Shown here piece after piece: positions 51,256 to 60,374 of a stretch of DNA of 64,000 bases. The position numbers and the translations under genes were made by a program. Within the stretch, counting starts at the first letter, position 1, and each line of letters starts with the position of its first letter. This stretch comes from Chitinivibrionales bacterium (GTDB lineage: Bacteria > Fibrobacterota > Chitinivibrionia > Chitinivibrionales > WJKA01): the NCBI GenBank assembly GCA_038247415.1, contig JBBRUX010000016.1, positions 9,051 to 73,050 on the forward strand. The letters run 5' to 3'. A model generated the notes under the pieces. The model saw only the letters and a program-made list of their open reading frames with translations. It searched no databases and had not been told where the DNA came from.

Positions 51256-52513
51256 GGTATCCGTCCTGCCGAATCTGTTGTAAATAAAAGTGATCGGGCG
51301 GAACGTCGACACCCGAAAATGAGTGCATGCCGGTACTATTGGATGTCCACCGAAGCCACTCATTATATCCGCTAAAATTTTCGGGTAATTCGTTTGCAAA
51401 AATAGAATCGAGATCCCATGACGCAATAATGCTTGGCGCACAAGGCATAAGAACTCCACCAAAGACAATCATGGTATTGCCAGATCCATAAGAGCACAAC
51501 AATATTTTCTTGCCGATAATGGCATCGCCTTCTTCTTGATAGGCTGCGCGAAGCTGAAATGCAAGGTTGAGAAACAGTGCTCCATTGTAAATATTTCCAA
51601 TGCGGGCAATAGCATCGGCCCCTGTGTAAAAATACCGCGTGTGCAGGATCGATTCTACCATGTGCTTATCACCTATTTTTTTGTCAACCATTAGATGTAC
51701 CATTCCCGTGATTGCCATATTGCGAAAAGGAGTGTGCAGGGCAAAAAATGACGTTTCGTTGAGTACGGTCTGGGGATTCTGATTCGATCGGGCACAATAG
51801 TCGTCGAAGGATGCCGAAAATGCTTTGGCATAGCATTCGATAGAATACCGCCCTTTTACTACCGCGGTTTTTTGGTCGATGGGTCTAAAAAAATCATCAA
51901 CATCATAGCTACAGCTGCCAACATTGCGCATATCAAGCTCTATAAGTGTTGGGGAAAGACTTGCCCAAACGGCCACTGCTCCTGCGCCCTGGGTAACCTC
52001 TGCTGTTGACATAGGCTTATAGCGTGAAATATCACTTGTTACTATAATGCCCGATTCTTGGGCTCTTCCGCAGGCACACAGGAGTGCGCATACACTCAAG
52101 AGAGAAAGCGCCCCTCCAGCACATCCATTTTGAATCTGAAAGGTAGAAATAAGCGATGGGAGTTCGATACCGCTTCTCTGGAGCATGCCCTGAATGTACG
52201 AAGCAATAGATTTAGACATATCTAGCGAAGTTTCGGTTCCTACAACCAGGTATCGAGATGATGCGGGGAGCAGGTTGCGATTACGCGAAAGGAGCTTTTT
52301 AAGGGCCTGTGCTGCAATGGTTGCAGAATCTTCCCACGAATGCGTAAATCGCATCGCTTTCTGGCCGGTTAGCGTTACGGCATTGCGGAGTTTTCTACCC
52401 AATTCTGGTTGTTCGATACTGCGCTGGGCTATAAGAGTTTCGAGCGAAATTTGCCGAGAAGGAATAAAAACGCCAATATCATCAATACCCACGCTGTGTA
52501 GGTTATTATTCAT
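51236..52513 (-). CDS. mvaS: HMG-CoA synthase
   Basis: VGTET (Glu), QNGCAGG (Cys), HTPF (His), TQGAGA, DFFRP, GNIYNG, SYGSG. Confidence 0.92.
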   Translation of the reverse strand: MNNNLHSVGIDDIGVFIPSRQISLETLIAQRSIEQPELGRKLRNAVTLTGQKAMRFTHSWEDSATIAAQALKKLLSRNRNLLPASSRYLVVGTETSLDMSKSIASYIQGMLQRSGIELPSLISTFQIQNGCAGGALSLLSVCALLCACGRAQESGIIVTSDISRYKPMSTAEVTQGAGAVAVWASLSPTLIELDMRNVGSCSYDVDDFFRPIDQKTAVVKGRYSIECYAKAFSASFDDYCARSNQNPQTVLNETSFFALHTPFRNMAITGMVHLMVDKKIGDKHMVESILHTRYFYTGADAIARIGNIYNGALFLNLAFQLRAAYQEEGDAIIGKKILLCSYGSGNTMIVFGGVLMPCAPSIIASWDLDSIFANELPENFSGYNEWLRWTSNSTGMHSFSGVDVPPDHFYLQQIRQDGYREYSIT

Positions 52514-52818
52514 GGAGTGCCTTTTTTTAGGATACCTACTCGGTTTGAATCTACCCACCGTGTGTTAATCATACAAAGTAAGGAGCAGCTATTGTTTATA
52601 AATTCGATCAACATTGTTATGATATTGTTAGCGCGGCGAAATTGTTTGAGACTTTTCAAGGTCTAATGGATTATTGGTAACCCACTATAGAACAATGGGC
52701 AGATGCTTCCAATATTTGTTTGCGCCGTCTTCAACAGCATTGTTTTGCGGCTATGATTATATATGCGCATATGCGGTATATAATGCAAATCAAACCAAAC
52801 AAATAAGAGGAGCAATTA

Positions 52819-53208
52819 ATGCGATAGCATCAATTGGCGCTTGCCGTGTTAGCAGTCACCATTCCGCTCTTAGCGGATGAGATAGGTCAACGAGGATATG
52901 ATGTTAATAGCAAAATTGAGCAAACCTTTCGCAATGCCCTTGGGGTTGAAGGTATGGCAGACGATTTTGAGGTTGGTGAAGATATTAAAGTTGATTTCAG
53001 TGAGTTGGGTAAAACGGTTTATTCCAGAAAATATGTTGATAAAAAAACTGGCGAAATAAAGCGAATTACCATCGATAATGCTGCTAAAGAATACTTGGTA
53101 TGGATTAGCTTGGTCGAATCGATAATAGTTATATTAAGTTTTTGTGGCTCCGCTGCAATTGCGGAGCCACATTCGGTTACAGCATCAACAATGGAGCCTA
53201 AGTGCTAA
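52819..53208 (+). pseudogene. Degraded gene for an exported protein
   Basis: GAGGAG + ATG CGA TAG (stop at codon 3), then an in-frame signal-peptide-like sequence. Confidence 0.45.
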
Positions 53209-53800
53209 AAAATTATCAAAAAGTAAGACTTTTCCAAACAGCTCTCGTTTTTTTGATAATAATATTCCAATATGCGTGGTCACAGAATTGTAAGGTGCAG
53301 TGTGGAGCTGCCGATAGTTGTATAAAAATCCTCAAGCCATTGCGTGGAGAAGTTTACCAAGAAGGACGCGAGCTGCTGGTGCAGTTTGCAGTTGGCCCGC
53401 AGAGTTTAGATATTGCCGAGTTGTTTCTCTATAGCGATTCTGGTAAGACAAAATGCTCAAGCCTTACGAGATCTCCTTTTACAATTGCAAAATATTCAAC
53501 TGCTTGCTATATTAGGATTATGCCCTATGCCAGCGACGGCCGCCGCCCGCCACAAGGGCAAACTGAAGGGTTCTTTACGATACAAAAGGCTAATAAAACC
53601 ACGTGCGGAATATATTTTCGGTAGGAAATAGCTTTGCTTTGGCTAATCCAGATTCTAAAATGTTTGACATAATGGGACATTTGGTTGCTAAAAATTACAA
53701 CTCAATTGATAACAAGAGCACTCTTGGATCTGGTGCATTTTTTGTGTCCATGAAAGCAAATTTGCTGCTGACTGGACTCCCACGGTTGATATTGCGTTAA
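53202..53800 (+). pseudogene. Frameshifted secreted protein remnant
   Basis: Signal peptide; ORFs 53202-53624 and 53603-53800 overlap; tail (FDIMGHLV...GAFFV) resembles a C-terminal sorting domain. Confidence 0.4.
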
Positions 53801-54311
53801 CTATCCACTCACCCGTTTTAAACAAAATTCGGTATATTTGTTTTGGGAAATTAGCTAGTGCACGGCCTTACCCAACCGTAGTGGGCGCGAGCGATGCAAG
53901 AGACACGTGTGTTATTAACATAGAATAGCTGCATTAAGAAATTGAGCATATTTTTATTCCTGTTATGCAAATAACTAGAACACTAATTCAGTAAAGTAAG
54001 CAGTAAAGTTGTTGGCCATTTTACCGGTATTGAAAGGCAAACGAATAGGATGCGCGCAATGAAATTTAAAATCAGGACAAAAATAAAATCAGTAAGACTG
54101 TGGCAATATTCATTATTCCTTGGCTTTTTTATTTTAGCAAAGCCATCTAAAGCAGAAATAATCTTCGACTCCACAATTGCGCATTATGCGAATCTTTCAA
54201 GCACAGACACGATTTGTAAACACATCAAACGACTTCAAGACTTTAAAACCCGACTCTTAAATTTAGACATGATAGCATGGCCCGGTGGCGCATTCGGCTA
54301 CCATTCAATTT

Positions 54312-54521
54312 TCAAGCGTACAGTAGCCGACCTCGTTGCGCAGAAATTGAACGGTCCAAATCTCTCGCGGTTTCGATCTATTCATCAATTAAAACTTCCA
54401 CATTCTTTAGAGCCACCTCGTAGGTCTCCCCGTCAGAGGCACAACCTACAAGTTCCGGAACTTCAGCAATAAATGTCTGATCCTCATCGGACCAAAAAAT
54501 TAAAACTTCTTATTTAACCAC
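54312..54521 (-). pseudogene. HicB-family antitoxin pseudogene (not in ORF track)
   Basis: GAGGAG + GTG; VK*EVLIFWSDEDQTFIAEVPELVGCASDGETYEVALKNVEVLIDE*IETARDLDRSI...GRLLYA; two in-frame stops. Confidence 0.85.
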
Positions 54522-54643
54522 TTTTCAATACTCCTCAGCGATATCTTACTAAAACTTTCTTGACAAAAAAGACCTCGTAAGAGTACCTAGCCTTTTTTAG
54601 TAGGTGAAAATAAGGGAGCCTTGTTTGCAGTCCTACACCAGTC

Positions 54644-54934
54644 TCATTTCCGAAATTTCTCTGTAGTTTCTTCTACCGCTTGTTTTAAAGATGCCCATAC
54701 TGATTCAATACCTTCTTTGATTGAACCCCAAGCGTGTTCGCCGGCTTTCTCTAGTTCAGAGATCTTTGCTTTGCCTTCTTCAAGCTTTTGTTCAAGCATA
54801 GCAATGTGGGTATTCATGTCGAGTTTAACTTCCTGGGCAGCATGGTCAGTGGTGCTTTTAAGTTTTTGAACTTCGGACTTCCACTGATTCAACTGGGCTT
54901 GTTTGAGGCGCAAAAACGCATTCTTCTCATTCAT
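54644..54934 (-). CDS. Small coiled-coil protein (sll1863-like stress protein)
   Basis: AAGGAG RBS; AQLNQW...L..AGEHAW..IKEG.E..W pattern. Confidence 0.75.
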   Translation of the reverse strand: MNEKNAFLRLKQAQLNQWKSEVQKLKSTTDHAAQEVKLDMNTHIAMLEQKLEEGKAKISELEKAGEHAWGSIKEGIESVWASLKQAVEETTEKFRK

Positions 54935-54981
54935 TTAATTCTCCTTAGTTAAAAATTTTTACAATGTCAATTAATTAATAT

Positions 54982-55021
54982 ATGGCGGATTGAGCTCTTT
55001 CGTTTGAACTCAATCCGCTAT
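54982..55021. terminator. Intergenic stem-loop (terminator or RNA stabiliser)
   Basis: ATGGCGGATTGAG-N14-CTCAATCCGCTAT. Confidence 0.5.
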
Positions 55022-55024
55022 TTC

Positions 55025-55240
55025 CTAGGATCTTTTCGGATCCACAAAGAGCAGCACAACTCCTCCAATAGCAAGAATTGCACCGATAATAGGTGAAATG
55101 AAATGCTTTTCTGTGGTCTGGAAGTGCATGCCGAGAAAATTTACAGGTGCGCCCGGGGTGCTAAAGCTAAAACCTGTATATAAGAGTGCTACTACACCCA
55201 CAGCAATTAATACAATTGCGATAATAGTCCTTGGATTCAT
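55025..55240 (-). CDS. Small two-TM protein (DUF3185-like)
   Basis: GAGGA RBS; two hydrophobic helices; P.IGA.L..GGVVLL. Confidence 0.7.
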   Translation of the reverse strand: MNPRTIIAIVLIAVGVVALLYTGFSFSTPGAPVNFLGMHFQTTEKHFISPIIGAILAIGGVVLLFVDPKRS

Positions 55241-55275
55241 ATATCCTCTTTGTTAAGTAGTTTGTGTGACATGTG

Positions 55276-55425
55276 CTACACTACTCTTCGACCTTGAATA
55301 ATCCGGACAATAATAACAATAACTGCAATCACCAGTAAAATGTGAACGAATCCACCCAGTGTGTAGCTTGTTATTAAGCCAACAGCCCAAAGAATGATTA
55401 AGATAACTGCAAGTGTCCACAACAT
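55276..55425 (-). CDS. lmo0937-family small membrane protein, 49 aa (not in ORF track)
   Basis: AAGGAG RBS; MLWTLAVILIILWAVGLITSYTLGGFVHILLVIAVIVIIVRIIQGRRVV. Confidence 0.88.
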   Translation of the reverse strand: MLWTLAVILIILWAVGLITSYTLGGFVHILLVIAVIVIIVRIIQGRRVV

Positions 55426-55481
55426 AGAATACTCCTTTGTATAGTTTTAATAAAGATTGATTATCTGAAAATTCTAAATAA

Positions 55482-55805
55482 TCAAGAGTTTTGCGCAAAT
55501 AATCTGTCGGCTATTATGCTGCTGCGTTTTAGCTTTGGCAGGTCTATAATTACCTCGTGAACTCGTGTTGTACTGCTCATCCTGATAGTAAACTCAATTC
55601 CCTCATGAGGAACTACACACCCAATTCTTAAGGGCTTTTGGGCTCGATCCATAAGCCAATCGCTGAGCATTCTGTTGTCCTGGGTAATAAAACACTTAAT
55701 TTCATTGCCAAGGCGAGAGAGCTCCACACCCCCGCCAGCCCTCAGTCTAAACGGAGAGATCCATTCGATATGTTCAGGTAGAATTATTTCCGAACTGTCT
55801 GTCAT
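55482..55805 (-). CDS. Hypothetical protein
   Basis: 107-aa ORF with AGGA RBS, co-oriented in the cluster. Confidence 0.5.
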   Translation of the reverse strand: MTDSSEIILPEHIEWISPFRLRAGGGVELSRLGNEIKCFITQDNRMLSDWLMDRAQKPLRIGCVVPHEGIEFTIRMSSTTRVHEVIIDLPKLKRSSIIADRLFAQNS

Positions 55806-55856
55806 ATAGTTCCTGTATCTTTTGTATTGGTTGTGGAATCTATTGTTATGTAAATT

Positions 55857-56486
55857 CTACAAACCTATCGAAAGGCCTATGCTTCCGGTGAAGTACTGAA
55901 CAGCGTTGTCGCCGTTGAGCACTACATTGTACAGGGGGCAAATCTCTAAACAGAGACCGTCTTGACGTCCGAGGGAAACTCCTCCGCCCACCTGAAATCC
56001 CGATTTTCCAATCCACTCTCCGTCGCTGTATACATCGTCAAACGTTGCACCCAGTGGAATTTGAGCTATTGTTGCCTTTTGGCGCATTACGAAGAGCCCA
56101 AATCCAGCCTGACCGAAAACATTGATTGGGCTATTTGTAAAGTTTGTTCGCGCTCGAATAGAGGGAACTATTTCAAATATATCCGATGTACCCTCTATCT
56201 CTGTTTGAGTTATATCGGCAATCCCTTCGAGAAAACTTCCAACATCTGGAATCCACCGATTAAATCCAAAATGACCACCAACTCCTAATTTGTCAAATAT
56301 CCAGAAGTATCCGTTCGCACCTATTACAAACCCGGTATTCCAGTTCTTGGCAGTGGAACTGATTGGTTGCGAGACACCGCCAAAGCCATTAATAGTAAGC
56401 TGTTGGGCTGCAATGGTTGCGGGAATAGTTGCCATTGTGAGAAAACCCACAGCAATCATCAGTGCTGCTTTTTTAGATGCTTTCAT
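55857..56486 (-). CDS. Small outer-membrane beta-barrel protein
   Basis: Signal peptide; alternating Gly/aromatic strands; terminal strand YFTGSIGLSIGL. Confidence 0.75.
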   Translation of the reverse strand: MKASKKAALMIAVGFLTMATIPATIAAQQLTINGFGGVSQPISSTAKNWNTGFVIGANGYFWIFDKLGVGGHFGFNRWIPDVGSFLEGIADITQTEIEGTSDIFEIVPSIRARTNFTNSPINVFGQAGFGLFVMRQKATIAQIPLGATFDDVYSDGEWIGKSGFQVGGGVSLGRQDGLCLEICPLYNVVLNGDNAVQYFTGSIGLSIGL

Positions 56487-56769
56487 TGATTTCTGTCCTT
56501 TCAAATTGTTTATTATCAAAATCCTTGTGAGGTATCATTTGAGCTTGCAGCGGGCATCCAACCCGTGGTGAACATATCTGCATACAAAGGGTTTTGTCTG
56601 ACATGAATGTCGGAAACTCGCTTATTGGTAATGACCAAACACCTATACGTGAAACATCTCTGGTATTCAAGATCTTCTTAATTTTCCCGTCAAACGGAAG
56701 GTATGTAGTAATAAGCCATACAACGGTTCCCGCGAGGCCTAACGCAATAATCAGTTCTAAGATAGCCAT
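56473..56769 (-). pseudogene. Thivi_2564-family membrane protein, probably truncated
   Basis: N-terminus ...VVWLITTYLPFDGKIKKILN matches the family as I recall it; second TM helix is missing. Confidence 0.5.
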
Positions 56770-56805
56770 ACAATATTACTTTCTTTAGAGGTGATTGATA
56801 CAAGG

Positions 56806-57513
56806 TTACTTCTTTGGAGTAATAATACCAAGCTTTGCAAGTTCGGTTACTACAAGCTCTGCGATCCCGCTTTGTGCATTTACAATCGTACCAGGATCAG
56901 GAGTTCTGCTTGTACCGCTCCAAACCAATCGACCGTTTTTTCCGGTTGTGGTGACATCAATTGTTTTAATGTCAACCGTTTGCGAGTCGATATAGCCGGG
57001 GTGATTTGTTTCGAGATAGTATGTCCGGTATCTCTGCCAATAGGAAATTTGCTGAACTCTCTGGTCGACTGATAGGTTTCCTTGGTAGTAATATTGTACA
57101 TTTCTATAGCGAGTAGGCATCGGCATTACTACCTCCTCGGTTGTCGTATACCCCTTAACATAGTGTGAGTTTTTTTCCGTTGGCAACCTGAGAACCACAA
57201 GAATTCCATCAAAGCCATTTGTGGAAACAGCAGATTGGATCTGCTCTGTATCCGGAGGCGCATCAGGGTAAATACTATAAGAGGCAACGGCAACCATGCT
57301 TTGTTTGGAAAGTTCACTAGCAAAGGCATCTTCCCACACACGTCGTTTGGTTTCATCTTTTCTTACCGCAATAACTAATACTTTGCCTAGTGGTGGTGAT
57401 TTAAAATAAGGCTCATGCCAAATATCAACAAGGTTTGATGAAGCGCATCCCGACATCAGGCCGATCATACTTACACATACTACAACAGTGATTTTTTTGA
57501 CGGTCGATATCAT
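56806..57513 (-). CDS. Lipoprotein (DUF4136-like)
   Basis: Lipobox MSGC; KVLVIAV...RRVWED, FDGILV, LVWSGTS. Confidence 0.7.
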   Translation of the reverse strand: MISTVKKITVVVCVSMIGLMSGCASSNLVDIWHEPYFKSPPLGKVLVIAVRKDETKRRVWEDAFASELSKQSMVAVASYSIYPDAPPDTEQIQSAVSTNGFDGILVVLRLPTEKNSHYVKGYTTTEEVVMPMPTRYRNVQYYYQGNLSVDQRVQQISYWQRYRTYYLETNHPGYIDSQTVDIKTIDVTTTGKNGRLVWSGTSRTPDPGTIVNAQSGIAELVVTELAKLGIITPKK

Positions 57514-57591
57514 TGAGAAATCCTTTCGATTTTTCGAGAGCACGTTACGCACGTAGAGACTGAATTGTGTAGTAAGGAGATAGACCTTTTG

Positions 57592-57903
57592 TTATGAGCC
57601 ATAATTCAATGCCCGCGTAACGAGATTAGTGGCCTTGTTAAGCGTTTCTTTAGCGTCAACTAGTTCTTTGTCGATAATCGTTTGAGAGAGTTCCCCAGAT
57701 TCCGCATCGATACGTTTTTCTAGGGCTATGGCTATTGATTCCAGATCTTTCGCCGCCACTTTTACTACTGCACTTATTTCACGACATGTTTTTTCTGCCG
57801 ATGCTACACGATAAAAACGGAATATCTTCCAGGTTGTGTAAGCCATTGCTCCTAACACAGCGCCGCGCAGTAATAAGTGTAGGTAACATACAAGCTTGTT
57901 CAT
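57592..57903 (-). CDS. Hypothetical membrane-anchored helical protein
   Basis: GGGAG RBS; N-terminal TM plus helical tail. Confidence 0.6.
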   Translation of the reverse strand: MNKLVCYLHLLLRGAVLGAMAYTTWKIFRFYRVASAEKTCREISAVVKVAAKDLESIAIALEKRIDAESGELSQTIIDKELVDAKETLNKATNLVTRALNYGS

Positions 57904-57934
57904 ACGTGCTCCCTTGAGAATGTGTGCGGTTGCA

Positions 57935-58159
57935 TTATGCCTTACCGTTCTTAATGGTCTCGAAGATGCTTTGAACCCGGGCAGTTGCAGTATCTAACGC
58001 ATCTTTGGATTCGCGTAATCTTTCGTCAATGCCTTTACCCATTTTCTCTGCCAAACCCATCCGGTGTTCCGGACGCGCCGACTTGATAACAATTATGAGA
58101 CCAATAGCCCCCATTATTCCAGCTGTGCATAGCATTGCATACTTGAGTATCTTGTTCAT
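57935..58159 (-). CDS. Hypothetical membrane-anchored helical protein
   Basis: AGGAG RBS; N-terminal TM plus helical tail. Confidence 0.6.
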   Translation of the reverse strand: MNKILKYAMLCTAGIMGAIGLIIVIKSARPEHRMGLAEKMGKGIDERLRESKDALDTATARVQSIFETIKNGKA

Positions 58160-58255
58160 TGTGCTCCTACTTTCCATGGTTTACAGATAAAATTTGTGAT
58201 GGTAACCGCAATGAATTTGCTATTACCTTCATTAATCATTGTGCTACTAGTATCT

Positions 58256-58271
58256 AGCAATAAGAGTGCCA
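58256..58271 (-). promoter_or_regulatory. Sigma54 (-24/-12) promoter
   Basis: TGGCAC-TCTTA-TTGCT on the minus strand, about 100 nt upstream of the first small-protein gene. Confidence 0.75.
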
Positions 58272-58471
58272 TCGGAAAAATGGGCTTTAGGTAAGCGCTG
58301 GGGCTGTTGTGGTTGTGTAAGGGGAATAGCCTAAACCCAAAATCGGGAATCGAATCGTTACTATTGGGAAATCTGGTAGTTTTTGGGGAATTGGGTACGA
58401 ATAAAAATGGCATAACGAGCAGAACACGGAGTATGGTTATACACTGAGTCGTTTAATTCGGCCGTATCGTG

Positions 58472-58622
58472 AGGTAATTGCAAAACTCCCAGATCGCTTC
58501 GACATTTCGACTCCGCTCAATGCTCCGCTTCGCAGCGAACGGCTCCAAACCGCACTCTGAAGGTGGTTGCTGAGCGGGGTCGAAATGTCGAAGGGTGATG
58601 GTGAAGAGTTTTGCAATCGCCT
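58472..58622. repeat. Long nested inverted repeat (REP/MITE-like)
   Basis: Outer arms 58472-58488 / 58606-58622; inner 23-bp arms CTTCGACATTTCGACTCCGCTCA / TGAGCGGGGTCGAAATGTCGAAG. Confidence 0.8.
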
Positions 58623-58628
58623 TGGCGG

Positions 58629-60359
58629 TTAAAGACCTAGGGATCGAAGCTTGTCTTCAACTTCTTCTGCACTGTCAAGGGTCAAGAGTTGCGGAAGTGC
58701 TGCTTGCAGCGACGCTACATCGAGCGCTGCGAGAGCGTTGCGCACACCATGGATAGCATACGGTTGAATCGAAACATTGGTAGCGCCCAAGGCTGCAAGC
58801 AGACTGCATCCTAAGGGATCTGAAGCTATTTCTCCGCAAACAACAAGATGCTTGCCGCTGTTGTTACAAACGGTAATTACATTTTTGAGCATGTTTAAGA
58901 AATCGGGGTGTGTAAATTTGCAGTAGGTTTGAACAACCGACTGATCCCTGTTGGCCGCAAAAAAGAATTGAAGAAGATCGTTTGTTCCTAAACACACGAA
59001 ATCTACTTTAGGCAGGTAGCGCTCCAGAGATAAGGCAACGCTTGGCACTTCTATCATAATCCCGAGATTTGGAGTGCTGCCAACAAAATTGGTTTCCAAG
59101 AGGATTTCGTCGATAACTTGCCGAGTTTTTATCACATCCGATAGGGTAGTGACAAACGGGATAAGAATCTTGACCCGGGTGGCACATCGTGCAGAGAGGA
59201 TCGCTTTGATCTGCCGTCTCATCATGGTAGGATTAGCCAACAAAAATCGGATTCCTCTGCACCCCAACTGCGGATTAGCTTCCTTGTCCATTTGAATGTA
59301 GATGGGCAGTTTGTCGCCACCCAAATCTAAAAGCCGTAGTGTAATGTCGGTGATACCTTCTGCGCCCAGTACTTCGACATACCACGCAGCTTCCTCTACG
59401 TAGGTTAGCGATGTAAGCGTTGCAAGATACCGCATTTCGCTACGAAATAAACCTATTCCGGTGATGCCTTGACTATATGCTAGTTTCATGCCTGCAAGGG
59501 TTGATGCGTTGCATTGAATGTTGATTTGGATGCCATCGGTTGTAGTTACGGTGGATTGCGCATCTGCGGCGCCAGCATTTGTAACTGTTGCTGTATACCG
59601 TTCTTCTCCAACAGTAGATTCTTTAAGAGCCGATTCGGTGGGGTTTAGAATGGCACAACCTCGGTAGGCGTCAACGAGCACATCGGTTGATTCTTTGAGA
59701 ATTAACCCAATTCCTGCAAGGTCAATAATCACCGGTATTCCCAAAGCGCTGGCCATTATTGCAGCGTGCGAGTATTGGGCAGCATCTTCGACTATTATTC
59801 CTGTTAATTTGTCTAGTGGCACCGCAGCCACTTCAACCGGAGACAAGCGATCGGCAACGAGAATAGAGCCTGCTGGCATATTTTTTATAGACGAAATACG
59901 CCCTTCTTCGGAAGGCAGCATGTTGTAAAGTACTCGATAGTACAGATCCTGTAGCGTAATGGCGCTTTTTACCGCAAGATCATTGGTGTTTTGAGAGACA
60001 ATATCCCGAAGCCTTGCAATTTCTTCTGCAAGAACCGTTTTTCCCTGTAAACCGGTGCCCTCGATGGTTTCTTTTATAGGAGCGACAAAAGACGGGTCTT
60101 TGAGCAGCGCAAGCGATGCTTCGAATATTGGGCTTGATTGATTTTCGGAATCGTGTCCGCGATTGTTTGCTAGGCGCGAGATCTGATTCTGGCTCCTATG
60201 TACCGCCAAGTCAAAAAGTGCCAATTCCGACGATATAAGGTCGACGATCCTTGTATCCTGTCTGAATTGTTCGAGATCCAATTTTTTAAGCAGGAAAGCT
60301 TTTCCGCGGCCAATTCCCGTTGTTATCGATTTGCCGTAAAATGTCATTTCTCCTTGCAT
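58629..60359 (-). CDS. PEP-protein phosphotransferase (PTS Enzyme I-like, no GAF domain)
   Basis: YSHAAIMA (phospho-His), GLFRSE, DLGGDK, NPQLGCRGIR, MIEVP, GTNDL, VCGE. Confidence 0.9.
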   Translation of the reverse strand: MQGEMTFYGKSITTGIGRGKAFLLKKLDLEQFRQDTRIVDLISSELALFDLAVHRSQNQISRLANNRGHDSENQSSPIFEASLALLKDPSFVAPIKETIEGTGLQGKTVLAEEIARLRDIVSQNTNDLAVKSAITLQDLYYRVLYNMLPSEEGRISSIKNMPAGSILVADRLSPVEVAAVPLDKLTGIIVEDAAQYSHAAIMASALGIPVIIDLAGIGLILKESTDVLVDAYRGCAILNPTESALKESTVGEERYTATVTNAGAADAQSTVTTTDGIQINIQCNASTLAGMKLAYSQGITGIGLFRSEMRYLATLTSLTYVEEAAWYVEVLGAEGITDITLRLLDLGGDKLPIYIQMDKEANPQLGCRGIRFLLANPTMMRRQIKAILSARCATRVKILIPFVTTLSDVIKTRQVIDEILLETNFVGSTPNLGIMIEVPSVALSLERYLPKVDFVCLGTNDLLQFFFAANRDQSVVQTYCKFTHPDFLNMLKNVITVCNNSGKHLVVCGEIASDPLGCSLLAALGATNVSIQPYAIHGVRNALAALDVASLQAALPQLLTLDSAEEVEDKLRSLGL

Positions 60360-60374
60360 AGGGCTTTGCTCCTG

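Noticed and set aside
51256..51468. Long N-terminal extension on fni in the ORF track (likewise dprA, pmk, mvaD, the MurU-like gene and the 6943 start)
   Set aside because: Extensions overlap upstream genes or terminators; homologous sequence begins at downstream starts
53794..53920. Possible attC site after the 53603-53800 ORF
   Set aside because: No proper RYYYAAC/GTTRRRY pair with complementary arms visible by eye
52819..54521. In-frame TAG stops suggesting stop-codon reassignment
   Set aside because: Intact genes end in TAG (e.g. 7914, 20074, 39813) and the same remnants also have TAA stops or frameshifts, so this is decay
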